64,000 bases of DNA from Octopus vulgaris (Eukaryota): NCBI GenBank assembly GCA_951406725.2, contig OX597820.1, positions 51,088,001 through 51,152,000 of the forward strand, given 5' to 3'. Each line of letters begins with the position of its first letter. Position 1 is the first letter of the stretch. A program made the translations under genes and the position numbers. Shown here piece by piece: positions 12,816 to 27,042 of this stretch. The notes beneath the pieces were generated by a model. That model did not search any database. It had not been told where the DNA came from and was given only the letters and a program-made list of their open reading frames with translations.

Positions 12816-14177
12816 TAACATACAATATGTTGCTTGAGCTACTACAATCTTTATTCATCACACTTACTCTTTTAACAGAACCCTAACCTTTTCTCAAAGC
12901 AAGCACTTGCTTGCTATTTGTAACTTCATCAATGATAAATCCTCTCTACTAAGATCTTGAAGAAGATACAGGGCATTATATTTATGACGTCACAAATAAT
13001 AACGAAATGCCTCGTTTGTTTTGTATATCTCTTATGCCCTATGTCTATGGGTCTGTATTGTTTTCAGGACGCTTCCTCTCCTCTTTTCATTTTATTCCCT
13101 TCTTGTTTGTTTCATCTTGATTCATATAAATATTGAGCTACAGAATGCTCTTTTATTTCCGGCTAACTTATTAAAACGTATCACTACACCACTCCTTCCG
13201 TAAACACGATTTCCTTGCAACTGTTCGTTCCATTAACGCTATTTTCATACAACACTCTCATTTATTTTGCAACTAAAATTCTTTCCTTTGATCTAAACTT
13301 CCTCCGTTGTCAACTTCCATATTTCAAAAATGCATCAGTAAAAAAATATTGCTTAACGCACATTATTGTGTACACCATTACACGGAAATCACAATTTCTT
13401 TCCCTACTCGCAATACACGAAAATTCCTGTTACTCTTCCCCTCTCTCTTCCATACACTGTCTCGTATCTACTTTCCCCGATCTCTTTATCTCTGAAAATT
13501 CATTTTACTAAAATGTAAATTGGAATTAGTTCAAGAAATATAATAAACGTTAAGATCAAAGAATGTAAAATAATTTGGAAATAACACGGCCTTTTGGAAT
13601 CACCGCCTATTTCACAACTTGGCATGGTTTACCCACCGTATATTTGCGGCGACTTACTGATCATGCCAACTGGGCTTTTATATCAGTGTGATATCTCAAC
13701 TGTCAGATACATTATCTACATATTATACCTCACATATATACTAAAGCACACACACATATTCTCACATAAACTTAAACATTTCCTAGTTATATTACGAATA
13801 GCTATTCGTACACACACAGATACTGGAATACATATATAGTTGATTAACTCAAATTTTGAGCCGCAATAAGACAGCCTTATGCACACACAATTCTACTAAC
13901 ACAACTACATACATACAACCGAAAAATAATCACTGTCACATCTCTAGTGGAGAATGTAAAAGAAGTAGAACGGCAAAAAGACACTTGGGAAAATTCGCCA
14001 AAACGCATACACTAAACAAGACTTCTATAATATATGTGTGTGTATGTGTGTGTGTGCGTGTGTCTCTGTGTGTGTATACACACACTCGCACGCACACACA
14101 CTCATATACGTGAGTCATCTAATAGTCCATAAGTCAGGGAAAAGATGCACTTGTATATCCGTCAATAGAGCGGGTAT

Positions 14178-14431
14178 ATTATCCAAAATGTACTGTATTT
14201 TATATCCATCACGGCTGATGTTACCAATCTGGTTCGCGCAAGGAATACAATGGGGTGTTATGTAGCAATCCGATTATATAACCTTACGCTCATCAGAGTT
14301 AGCGCATTCAGCTAAGTCTGCTGAACGCAAGGTTGTATAATCGGATTGTCAGCTATCACTGCATTGCAATTCTTTCGCGAAACTCATCGGTAAGATCAGC
14401 CGTGATGGATATATAATGCTGTACCTTTGGG

Positions 14432-14434
<3 letters not shown>
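14178..14434. mobile_element. Whole-length palindromic (foldback) MITE
   Basis: atatccatcacggctgat pairs with atcagccgtgatggatat; caatccgattatataacctt pairs with aaggttgtataatcggattg; short central loop; abuts (TA)n. Confidence 0.85.
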
Positions 14435-14473
<39 letters not shown>

Positions 14474-15349
14474 CTCATATTTACTGAAAGTATCACATAC
14501 ACAAACTACACCAAGTGAATATCCCGCATAGACGATATTACTTATGTTTAACTAATTTATCAATGCATGCTATTTTCTTTGGCAACACAAATACTGTTCT
14601 TTTTTCTTAATCACTTCTTAACGTTTTGTTTTATTCAACTTTATTTCACTCATTCTTAGCGTTTATACTTATATAATTTTGGTTAAAGTTCAATCCAAAT
14701 CACACTACATTTGAAATGTGACATGTTCCTGTACTTTCAGCGCTCTAGTTAATTATTTGAACATCTGTCACTTGATTCTCACTATTATTATTTATATCAC
14801 TATATTATTCGCATAGCAGTATTGTTCTACATGTTCACTTGTGTTTGATGATTAGTCACGGTAGACTGAGAAATAAGATTCTGATATTCAACTTCAATAA
14901 TTGATTATAGTTTCGTGTGTGTAATTGTATATTCGTATGTAAATGCATGTTTACATGCGTGCGTGCTTTTATGAGCGTGCGATTATGTGTGTTTGTGAAT
15001 GTTTGTTTAATCTGAGATTGTCTCAGCGGCAGAATTGGAACTCAATTCATAGAGTCAGGTATTCATTACTTTGTAGCCATTACGTTATTTCAATTAATGA
15101 AGTAACTCGATCATGGCCTGAAACAGGTCTTTAATATATTCACGCGGTATATGTATATGCACCCTCTCTTTCTGTCTGCTCTCTCTCTCTCTTTGTCTCT
15201 TTATCTCTCTCTCAAATACATTCACACACACACACTAACAAACAAACATACACATATATATTTCGGTCAGGCATTACGAGACTGATAACCTTGTGTAGAA
15301 TTCAATATACAAAATTTCAGAACGAAGCGTTAGTGAGTATAGAGCAGTA

Positions 15350-15759
<410 letters not shown>

Positions 15760-15990
15760 TGGAGGCGCGTGGCCATGTGGTTAGGGTGTTGAATTCATGA
15801 TTGTAAGATCATGGTTTCGATTCCTGGGCCGGGTGATGCGTTGTGTTCTTGAGCAAAACACTTCATTTCATGCTGGCATAAATGAGTAATTCAGCGACGG
15901 ACCGGCGTCCCGTCCAATTGGGGAATTTCTACGCCAATGAAAACGGAGAATCAGCACTTATGAGCCTGGCAGAGCTCGAGAAGGAACATT
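15760..15990 (+). mobile_element. tRNA-derived SINE family 3
   Basis: A-box-like tggccatgtgg, B-box ggtttcgattcc, ttgtgttcttgagcaaaacactt; homologous to 30797-31012; inserted in (TA)n. Confidence 0.8.
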
Positions 15991-16523
15991 TATATATATA
16001 TATATATATATATATAATAGCAGTATTAAGATAAGAAAATATTTTTTCTCTCCAACTTTAAGTGGATGAAGAGTTAAGGCAATTAAATACTGCGTTATTT
16101 AACTTGAGAGAATCTCTCATGAAGGAGCCAACATGCATACGTGAACTCGTCATTATATCATTGAAAAAAGGGGGAAACGTCTACAACAGGCTGCCGGAAC
16201 TGCCAGGCAATGTGGTTACACCATGATGTGTGTTCCTCAGAATATTCCATCAGAGGTATATAACATATATATTCAGGAAATTTTGTCGTAAATAGTCAGT
16301 GGGATTATCTCAAAATCATTCATACCGACAGAAGCAGTGTTAATAGCAGAAAATAGTCTTTACCTTCAATTTAACACGGAGATCATGTTAGAACACAGAA
16401 TACAGCCTGGAAAGACATCAATAATTTATATATCATGGGAGATTTGGCTGAGATACAAAACTTATGTATATACACATATAGTATAATATTACATATACAT
16501 ATATATATATATATATATTGTAT

Positions 16524-16635
<112 letters not shown>

Positions 16636-16640
16636 TATAT

Positions 16641-16875
16641 AAATTGATCAAAATAAAAACATGATGCCAAAGATTCAGCGGTACATATGTTTCGGGCCTT
16701 TATTAGACAGATTTATAACAATGCATAATGTATGTCTGTGGCCTTCTTCAGCCGCGCACAACAACTTCCACAAGGACATGTGTTACATCAAAAATTCTTG
16801 GTTGGGGATGCAAATCCTCTCATTCGCGTACGATCCGCTGAATCCTTGGCATCATGTTTTTATTTTGATCAATTT
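16641..16875. mobile_element. Element with 41-bp inverted repeats (MITE or inverted Penelope pLTR)
   Basis: 16641-16681 is the reverse complement of 16835-16875 with 1 mismatch; lies between long (TA)n tracts. Confidence 0.8.
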
Positions 16876-16940
16876 ACTCCTCCACCTACACCACCAAACG
16901 GTATATACAGGTGCTTACAATTATCAAGTACTCACCCCGA

Positions 16941-17041
<101 letters not shown>

Positions 17042-17052
17042 TTTATATTTAT

Positions 17053-17368
17053 ATACATACACATATATACAAGTATAGATAGATAGACAGATAGATAGAT
17101 ATGACAGTCTTGTAGAACTTCTGTATTTCGTGATTTCAGCATGTTTCATATGTACTTTGTCTGCTTTTTATGCATTAAACGTCTATATATTAAGGTTTCA
17201 GTGGGCGAATACATACACATATATACAAGTATAGATAGATAGACAGATAGATAGATATGACAGTCTTGTAGAACTTCTGTATTTCGTGATTTCACCATGT
17301 TTCATATGTACTTTGTCTGCTTTTTATGCATTAAACGTCTATATATTAAGGTTTCAGTGGGCGAATAC
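17053..17368. repeat. Recent 156-bp tandem duplication
   Basis: 17053-17208 matches 17209-17364 with one mismatch (ttcagcatg vs ttcaccatg); ATAC microhomology at the breakpoints. Confidence 0.95.
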
Positions 17369-17491
17369 TGCATTATTATGGCGTATCAATAATGCATGCA
17401 CATTAAATAAGACGGCTATTCGGTACAAATAATTCTTCTGTCGACAATATCTTAGAACATATGTTTATATAGCTTCAATGTTCAGGAATAT

Positions 17492-17525
<34 letters not shown>

Positions 17526-19678
17526 TGCATGTATGTATGTATGTATGTATGTATATATTAAGGAAATGCATACATGAACAAAGCTATATTTGTTCCATGC
17601 ATTTTCTGTTCTTTTATTTTCATTGATCGTGTACTCTTAATGGAAAGAGCAGAATGCAGAGACAAACAATAATAATATATTTTTTAAAGAATGTGTTAAT
17701 CCTGTATTGCGAAAATCCACCAGTTTATAACGTTTTGTCTGACTTTAATCCCCATATTGATATTGTTTATAAGTGACATTCAGCCGCTAATACCGCATCA
17801 TTTAGAAGAACTAATGGAATATTTCCAACTCAGTTAATATGTTTGCCCATCGTAATTAAGTAATCCTTTACGTGAAATTAATTCTTATACTTCACTTAAA
17901 GCATAAGACAATCTGCTTCCAACTAACATTTATTCAATTAGCTTACTACAAGTTGCCAATTTCAATACACAACTAAAGTGTATCATATATAAATCCATGT
18001 TAACCATCCTGCTTGCTTACATGTGTATATGCAAGCATATAGTCATACATTCATATACAAATTATATATACATTTTATACAAATATATATATAAATCATA
18101 TATAAATTTTGTCTGTGGTTTATGTGTGTTTGTGTATGTAAGATATTTTAAAGAAAAATACATGTAAAAAAATGTATTGATTCTTTGTCGAAACTAGCAT
18201 CATGATCTACTCCATATATAACATCGAACAAATTTTCGTGTAAAAAATCCTGAATTTAAGAAAGTGTTTTAGTTAAGATAGGTCCAGGGAAAAAGACAAG
18301 TTAAATTTTCATAGAGTAAATTCAACGTAGGAAGAATGGACATGATCCATCTTTTGATGAAACCATATCTTATTGATGATACTTACGTTGCTGATTATAT
18401 TCTTGTTTATCTCATCATTATTCGAACAGAAATGAAGATGAATATCATTCCAGTTGATCTATTTTGTTTCTTCTTTCCTATGATTGATCATACTATTCTC
18501 GCAAATAGATGCATTTCTATTCTTTTCTGATGAGTAGTTACATTTATATTAAAATATTTTCTGAAGAAAAATAGTAGTTTTGTGATTTATCGTCTTTTAA
18601 CTAAAATAATCTATTTCAACATGATATGAGATCATATTGCACGGGGACAAACCTAAATACTTCACTGAAGTTACAAGGGCACTGTACTGTGTTGCAAATA
18701 TAGAGATAAAGTTGATGTATTGCTTAATTGTGGAGTAATCAACAAAATAATGTTGTATTTAGCAGTTTAGTACCAAAGTAAATTCATATATTAATGAACT
18801 GTTTTTAAAGGATTATGAGAGTATGATTCTCGTCGAATATTCTTTTCCTTGCTCAAGGAATTACGATCGCGTAGTTACCGTATTTAGTTTGAATTTAGGC
18901 CAGTAATAATACTACCAAATATTTAATCGAATATAGAAAATACCATTCTAGGTTGTTTTAAGGCTAGAAAACATACGGGCGCTAACAAGTACAAACACAT
19001 ATATATACACACACAGGCGCACAAACACACACACACACGCACACCCATTAACCCTCTTACTCAAAAATATATAAAATCGATCGTTTCGCTTATGATTCAA
19101 TCATAATATAGCATCATTGAGCTCAAACATTGGTCAAACAATTTTCGAAAATTACATAGTATGCAACTTTGAAGATATTCTGATACATACAAAATTATAC
19201 AAAATTTAATGATAGTCCTCAACTTAAATTACTTCGTAAAATTATCTATGCAACTCTGAACATCTAAATGTCTACATAAGAGTGTTCCAGGTATATTATG
19301 CCAATTACAGTAAGAATACAAAAACAAATCACATCACCTCATGATAAAGTCTATTTCATTAATAGAAACAGCATCTATTTCTATTAATGTGGAAAGGCGT
19401 CGATTAAAACGGGGTTAATCGAGGGAAATAATAAAGTTTGTATTTACTTCGAAACACGTGGGGTTAATGGCGAAAGAACCTGCGCTATGTAGCTCTCATC
19501 CAATTCATCGTCATAGTTGAAATATTTGACAAATATAAATCTCCCTTTTATAACACAAATTATTTAGTGTCGGTGCTGTGCAAGCGAAAATATATTCACC
19601 TGCGCATGTATATTTAAGTACGGTACGGTATTTTATGTACATGTGAACATATGCCTATGTGTATGTATACACACATAT

Positions 19679-19710
<32 letters not shown>

Positions 19711-19747
19711 GTATGTATATCCGTGTACACATATACGTATGTAATTA

Positions 19748-19779
<32 letters not shown>

Positions 19780-19802
19780 AAATATATATATGTGTAAATA
19801 TA

Positions 19803-19887
<85 letters not shown>

Positions 19888-20741
19888 TATATATATATAT
19901 GTATATACATTCATACATAAATATACATACATACATGCATCGATACATACATATGTACTTACTTACATACATACATGTAATGCATGTTTATGAGTTGAAG
20001 GGAATTCTTTCTTTACGTATTTACATTCGTTGAACACACGTCTGCAAAGATATTGAGCCAATTTATTGCTAAACTGTCCACATTCTCGAACTATATGCTT
20101 TTCTGCTGAAAAAGCCAAACATTTTTATTAGTCATGTTTGCACACACATCCGCCTAGTATACTTGCAGACATACGCATTCACGTATATGCACGCGCCTAT
20201 CCATAAACTGGTATAAACCGTATTCTCATAATTGAGATCTGTGATAGCATTTATTTCCCCATAGCCAGGTTATAAAATGTTTTAATATCCGTAGCAAGAA
20301 AAAGGCAGATATAGAAAAAGATTTAGAGCTATAGAGAACACATCTGCTGACTTCTACAGATTTATTCTTAAATATTAAATAGATTGGTATACTTGACAAC
20401 TGAAATGTTAAATGGTTGTAAAACTTCCATATACTTAATCTTAGAAAAGTCGCTTACCATTATTTTTTTCTTTTACTTCAGTATACAAAATATGGCTTCA
20501 CCTTTGTTGATCATGTATATCTATTTTACTCTTAACTAGTTCTTTTTACTATTTGTGCAATTGTAATTGCCTCCATTGTATTCTTTTTATATTTTACTAA
20601 TGCGTATCGCATTGCAGTTACCACAGACACGAGTTTTCTTTGTTTCATTCAGTACTTTAATTGTTCTGGGAAATTCAATTATTTTTTAAAGAATATCTTA
20701 AGCAACAACATTCTAGATTACTAAACAAGCAAAGCAATGAT

Positions 20742-20856
<115 letters not shown>

Positions 20857-20884
20857 TATTATTATTATCATAAATACGAACAAA

Positions 20885-21030
20885 AGCGTAGAAGTTATAC
20901 CTGGGTCTACAACATTACACATTACCCAAAAAGTAGCCTGCTAGGAACAGCCCACACTCTAAGCAAAACGCTATCAATTAAACATAACACATACAAACCA
21001 CAAACAAAAAACACACTCTTTACAGCAATT
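20885..21030 (+). mobile_element. Old R4/Dong-like 3' fragment following (TAC)n(TAA)n
   Basis: caaaaagtagcctgctaggaacagcccacactctaagcaaaacgctatcaatt encodes a degenerate QK..LLGTAHTLSKTLSI terminus. Confidence 0.6.
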
Positions 21031-21769
21031 ACATAGTGAAATAAACTTCCACCAGCAAATCAGTTAAGCAGCGCATTACACACTAAACATACAATAGAAA
21101 CAATAATACAACAAAAGACTGCACTACACCCCAAGAGAAAATAAATTAACACAATACAATACCAGGAAGAATTTGCGCACTCCCAACCTCCCGACCAGAG
21201 AAAAACAAAAGTCAATGCTGCACGGGGTTGTAGCAAATGATGGTGTAGAAATTGGCCTGAAACTACCAAATGTGGAACAGTTATATAATAATAATATAAC
21301 AGTGTACTAACCATTCCACCAGCTGTTTGAAGTAATTATAATAATGGCATCAAATTTTAGTACAAGGCCAGCCATTTCACTGGAGGGAAATTTTGATAAC
21401 GTCAACAGCATTGAACAGTTATATAATAATAATGATAATAATTTCTTTCTTCACACAACTATTTTCAAACTTTCGCACAAGGCCAGCCATTTCACTGGAG
21501 GGAAATTTTGATAACGTCAACAGCCTTGTTTAACAAGTACTCGGTTTTTTCGGCTCAGAAAGAGTGAACGAAAAAGTGAACTTAGAAGGAATAGACAAAC
21601 GAAATGCTGCTAAACATCTTGTCCGGCTCGTTAACGGTTCTGCTAGTTAGTTGCTGTAATAATAATAACCAGCTCGACCCGTGAAAAATTTTCAGAAAAT
21701 GTTAAGATGTAAACATCTCTAAATTGAGCGCTGGTGCCATGAGAAATATTTCATTATTGTGACATTTAG

Positions 21770-21952
21770 AGGTGGCAAGCTGGCAGAATCGTTACCACGC
21801 CGGGCGAAATTCTTAGCAGTATTTCTTCTGTATTTACGTTATGAGTTCAAAATCTTCCGAGGTCGAATTTATCTTTCAATATTTCAGTGTCGATAAATTA
21901 TGTACCAGTTGCGTACTGAGATCGATGTAATCGACAGGATCTCTTCCCACCG
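21770..21952 (+). mobile_element. SINE family 1, degenerate
   Basis: ggtggcaagctggcagaatcgttaccacgccgggcgaaat..gtcgataaattatgtaccagttgcgtactg. Confidence 0.85.
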
Positions 21953-22108
21953 AATTTTATATTGCATAAAGTACTGTCTGTCTGAGGTTCTTGCTGTGAT
22001 TTGACAGCCAGTACAATCTCTCAGTAGACACAATATCTTCAATCAACAACATCACGATATTGAATACTATGCGAAGTCTTAAGTATTATTATTATTATTA
22101 TTATTCTA

Positions 22109-22217
<109 letters not shown>

Positions 22218-22259
22218 GTCGTAGTAGTAGTAGTAGTAGTAGTAGTAATAATAATAATG

Positions 22260-22342
<83 letters not shown>

Positions 22343-22343
22343 C

Positions 22344-22541
22344 ATTTCTACTAGAAGCAGAAAGCCTCAAATTTTGGCTTAGGGATTAAGTAGATTTCAT
22401 TGACCCCAATGTGTACCCCGTACCAATTTTACCCGTCCCGGAAGGTTGAAAGGCAAAGTCGACCACGGTGGAATTTGAACAGTGAACACGAAATTACGCT
22501 ATTTTTCGCCCGGCGAGCTAAATATGTTGTCAGCTCACCAA
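22344..22541 (-). mobile_element. SINE family 1, degenerate
   Basis: gaaggttgaaaggcaaagtcgacc..gaatttgaac..tttcgcccggcgagctaa..cagctcacc. Confidence 0.8.
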
Positions 22542-22547
22542 CCTATT

Positions 22548-22617
<70 letters not shown>

Positions 22618-22634
22618 ATATAATAATAATAATA

Positions 22635-22764
<130 letters not shown>

Positions 22765-22765
22765 T

Positions 22766-23264
22766 CAGTAGTTTTATTTTTTATAGCGTGCTTTCATTTC
22801 ACTACCGAGCGCAGCTCTGTGTGCCTTGGGTATGTGCTGTGATTTGTTGTGATGCTCTGATGGTTACTGTATTGAAAGTGTTCTGCGTAGGATGTGTGCA
22901 GTGCCCAGTAGTGCAATTTTCTGTATGCTATATGTGTTTGTAAGTCCTGGTGTTTTTGTTATGTTTTGTCTGAATATTTTTTTATCATGCCTAATGCACC
23001 TACTATGATAGGAATTGTTTCTGTTTTTAGATTCCACATTCTGGTTACCTCTATTTCCAGGTCTTTGTATTTTGAAAGTTTCTCCATTTCTTTTAGAGAC
23101 ACGCTATCATCTGCTGGTATTGATACATCAATTAGAAAGCATTTTTTTCTTCATGATCTCTGACAACTATATCTGGTCTGTTGGCCTTAATTTCTCTATC
23201 TGTGTGTATCGGCATATCCCAGAGTATGGTTGCTTTCTCGTTTTCTGTGACCTTTTGTGACCTT
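22766..23264 (-). mobile_element. R4/Dong-like element family A, 5'-truncated, in (TAA)n
   Basis: Same 3' end as the 55883-57917 copies; encodes the PDIVV..LIDVSIP..K..KY..IIVGALG..LGTAHIL RLE domain with frameshifts; tgtgacctt duplicated at the 5' junction. Confidence 0.92.
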
Positions 23265-23284
23265 ATTATTATTATTATTTTTTT

Positions 23285-24154
23285 TTTCTTCTTTCAAATT
23301 TTCTTCCATTTCTTGCCGAGTGTCTTCCCGACTCCTAGGGCAAAGAAACTCATAGTGTATATTGGTAGGCCATTAAACCAAACTCAGTAGTTCGTTCATG
23401 TTTTTATTATTTTTTATTTTTTATTTTTTAAAGTTAAATTAAAATGCATGAGCAGCAACAGTTCTCACATCGACAATGCTCTTCTCAATACGTGTGATGT
23501 ACCAGTTAAGACAATCTTTTGCACTTCTTGCAGGGATGGTAAGCCAGGGATCATTCTCATATAATTTTCGGTTCCCTTCTTGATCATTCCTAGTGCTCCT
23601 ACGATCACTGGTATTGTAACCGCCTTGAGATGCCACATTTTCTCAATTTCAATGAGTAGGTTTTATATTTTCTGAGCTTGTCAAACTCTTTCGCTGAGAT
23701 ATTATGATCACAGGGGATGCTCATGTCGATCAATAAGCAAACTTTATTGTTTTGGTCTTTCACAACAATATCTGGTTTATTGGCCTTGATGGTTCGGTCT
23801 GTATGTACTGGAAAGTCCCACAGAATGGTTACATTTTCTCCTTCAGTTACAGCCTCAGGGTGGTGATTATACCACTTGTCGGCAGTTTTGATATTGTAAT
23901 GCCGACTTATTAGCCAGTGGAGATATTGGCCAACTCTGTCATGTCTTAATTTATACTCCACTGGTGCTAAGACTTTACATCCAGAGATTAGGTGGTCCAC
24001 TGTTTCAATCATGTCGTTGCAGAATCGGCATTTTGGGTCTGCTCCATTTTTCATCACATTGGCCTGGTAGTTCCGGGTTGATAGGCTTTGGTCTTGAGCA
24101 GCCAGGATGAAACCTTCGCTCTCTGCTTTTAGCCCTGAGCTCCGCAGCCACTGA

Positions 24155-24155
<1 letters not shown>
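23285..24155 (-). mobile_element. R4/Dong-like element family B: CCHC zinc knuckle and RLE domain
   Basis: QWLRSSGLKAESEGFILAAQDQSLSTRNY..CRFC..ETVDHLISGC..YKLRHDRV..KPDIVV..LIDMSIP; one frameshift near 23665; flanked by (TAA)n. Confidence 0.93.
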
Positions 24156-24200
<45 letters not shown>

Positions 24201-24213
24201 ATTATTATTATTA

Positions 24214-24327
<114 letters not shown>

Positions 24328-24344
24328 GTACTAATAAAATGTCC

Positions 24345-24745
24345 TGTCACAGTATCAGGAATCAGCTCTCAGGGCTTTTACTCTTAACTGATTGGAAATG
24401 TTATTACGTCAATTGTTTTGATTTGGTATAAAAGATGGGCTGCAGCAAATATTCTGTTCAGCACGACAGGCTTGCAGTTAAGCATGTTCCGCGGTGGCTG
24501 GCGATATATGCATTTCTGATCATGTGCAGAAGTTGTTGGGGAGCATCCTAGCCATGCGTTAAGTGGAATTCTTTCGGTGCTTTGTTCAACATTCTTAAAC
24601 AATCATTATTCAGCGAGCTTTTGGGCGGGAGGTGCTACTCAGCCTGAATAAAATTCTTACGAGTAGTCATGATGGATGTACTGGACTTCGTATATTTGTA
24701 ACCCACTGCCACTCTGATGGCAAGCGTTGCTCTTTTACTGAATAG
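24345..24745 (-). mobile_element. Unclassified GC-richer insert between TAA-rich tracts (probable retroposon 3' fragment)
   Basis: Sharp compositional change bounded by (TTA)n and aacaacaataataat; no protein motif recognised; strand assumed from the neighbouring elements. Confidence 0.35.
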
Positions 24746-24890
24746 CAACAACAACAATAATAATTCATGTATTCCTAAAAGCGCTATTCTAACTCCTATT
24801 TTAAATCCACCCTCCTAAAAGTAGTTTTGCATTTGTTGCTGCTGGTTAAAATTCCTTTGCTCCTGCAACTATGATGGCTAGTTCCACGTC

Positions 24891-25022
24891 CTGTATTTAG
24901 TTCATTGTCGGTATTATTAGTTTTTCTTAATACTCTTGGTATTACTATTGGCCTACTTCTGTATTTAGTTCATTGTCGGTATTATTAGTTTTTCTTAATA
25001 CTCTTGGTATTACTATTGGCCT
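24891..25022. repeat. 68-bp-period tandem duplication
   Basis: ctgtatttagttcattgtcggt..ctattggcct at 24891-24954 and 24959-25022, identical. Confidence 0.95.
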
Positions 25023-25539
25023 CCTTCTTGTCCTCTATTTCTCCCACTTATACTTCACCATGTAACTTTCATTTAATTTACCAATTTCGGACAGATTGTA
25101 TTTTGTCATTGATAAAAAAAAATCATATCAGAAACTAAAAGCTAATAGATGTGGCGCTGTATTTCTTCACGTAAATTATTAATTTCACACCAGAAAATTA
25201 ATCAGTTATATATATTGCATAACATTGCCATAATTAAAATATAATTCTTATGAAGACGACAATTCACTACTATATATTTGATCCACTTAGGTGCACTGTG
25301 AATTCCAACATATTTGTTCGGGACAGAAAATGCATTAGATTACATGTATTCAAAGTATTTAAAAACGTATCCTCATGTGTGTGAATACAGACGTGGTAGC
25401 TCAGACCGATATTATCAATCATCTTGAAAGATTTATATCAAGATATAACCGATTAGGCAGCGACCATGTATATTGTCATTTCATCATGTTAAAACGTTAA
25501 TCTTCACTCATTCTTCTGTTTCCATTTTGTTGTTCTGTC

Positions 25540-25692
25540 TCGCTCTATTTTCTGCTCATCACTTTCTACTGTAGAGCGTAGGCTCGAAACATCAAAATCT
25601 TCTCAATTCTCTCCGAATATCAAACTTATACACCTACTTCATGTTGTCTCTCTCTCTCTTTTGTCGTTTGCTTTCTATACATTTGAACCATA
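25540..25692 (+). mobile_element. Solo Penelope pLTR fragment
   Basis: ctactgtagagcgtaggctcgaaac and downstream sequence homologous to 3110-3251. Confidence 0.7.
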
Positions 25693-26194
25693 CATTGTCA
25701 CCTAAGTTTTAGAAGCACCTAACGCTTATGGTATTATTCTAAGTAGCTGGTAATTTTGGCAATCTTATTTTTACTGTTTCAACATATTGTATAACGTTCA
25801 TATTTTTTTATTGAAACATTGTAGCTTGTTCCACCAAATAAATCATCTAGCTCATAGATAATAGTTTAGTAAGCAACGTTTGGAACATTAAATAACAGTA
25901 CACTTCTTGTGATTTGTCCAAATGTCTCTCCTACTCTCGATTGTCAGGCCTCTCATATACTATATTACCTGCAATGAGGTTTCCTGCACAGGAAATATGT
26001 AACTTCTGCAGTCGTTCATATACTCTCTCAATGTTAGACAGACTAAAGATCTACTTTGCACTTGTGAGACCATGCGATTACACCTAGAATGTTCCCTTCC
26101 GAGGCACAAATCACGGGAAAGTTGCTTTTGGACATGTCAGGGTAAGATTGTTTATAGAAAACCAGCAGTCGACCATGCGAAACACAGTCCTCTC

Positions 26195-26392
26195 TCCAAG
26201 GCATCTATATTATCCAAGAAAAAAGCAAAGGCCGGTACAGCTTCGCTCCAGTGACGTCGCAACTTATTTCTACAGCTGAGGGTACTGGAGCAACATGAAA
26301 TAAAATGTTTTACACAAGAAATCAACACAGCTCATTCAAGATATAGAACTCACTAACTCATCATTGTGATCCCGATGCTCTAAACACTGAGC
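26195..26392 (-). mobile_element. SINE family 3-like, old
   Basis: ctggagcaacatgaaat is the reverse complement of the atttcacgttgctccag block at ~30900; ends ctctaaacactgagc (tRNA-like head on the minus strand). Confidence 0.55.
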
Positions 26393-26487
26393 GATCTAAT
26401 TTAGGACAGGTAACTTTTTAAGTGCAAAGATAACTAAAGTGAACTCATGAGTGTAGAAAATGAAACAATTCTTACGTTTAATATGCA

Positions 26488-26564
26488 CAAATGCTATCAA
26501 ATACATGCTATCAAATACGTGCTATCAAATACGTGCTATCAAATATGTGCTATCAAATATGTGC
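26488..26564. repeat. Minisatellite, 14-bp unit x5
   Basis: tgctatcaaata(c/t)(a/g) repeated. Confidence 0.95.
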
Positions 26565-26770
26565 ATATTAGGTATCAAAATATAAACTATTATGCGCATA
26601 TGATGTGTACATAAGAATTGTATCATTTATAAAGCGAATATATGTAGCTAGTGAAGTCATAAATTTGTTAACATATGATTATACAAATTAAGTGGCAGAT
26701 GAAACTTGGAATGCCGTCTAGGATGAATTTTCATTATGCATATATATGTAAGCGTGTGTGGCTATTTAGG

Positions 26771-26843
<73 letters not shown>

Positions 26844-27042
26844 GACACACAGACAATCATGGATACACATAAATATGCATATATATACATTTATATAAAT
26901 ATATATATATATATGTATATGTGTATACATATATATACATACACACACATATATATATATAATTGTTAAAGAGGACAACACATATTAAGCCAACGCGAAC
27001 ATCTCAAGTCGTGTAGAATATTATTATTGTAAATCAGTCAAA

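Noticed and set aside
19357-19420. Two short hairpins (cattaatagaaa/tttctattaatg; tcgattaa/ttaatcga)
   Set aside because: Short and AT-rich; no complete ribozyme core or element boundaries could be defined
25690-25720. Tc1-like terminus tacattgtcacctaagttttagaagcac
   Set aside because: No matching opposite TIR or transposase motif found
26488-26564. Regular short repeats as a CRISPR-like array (also 53948-53998 and 55725-58060)
   Set aside because: No unique spacers, no cas genes, eukaryotic context
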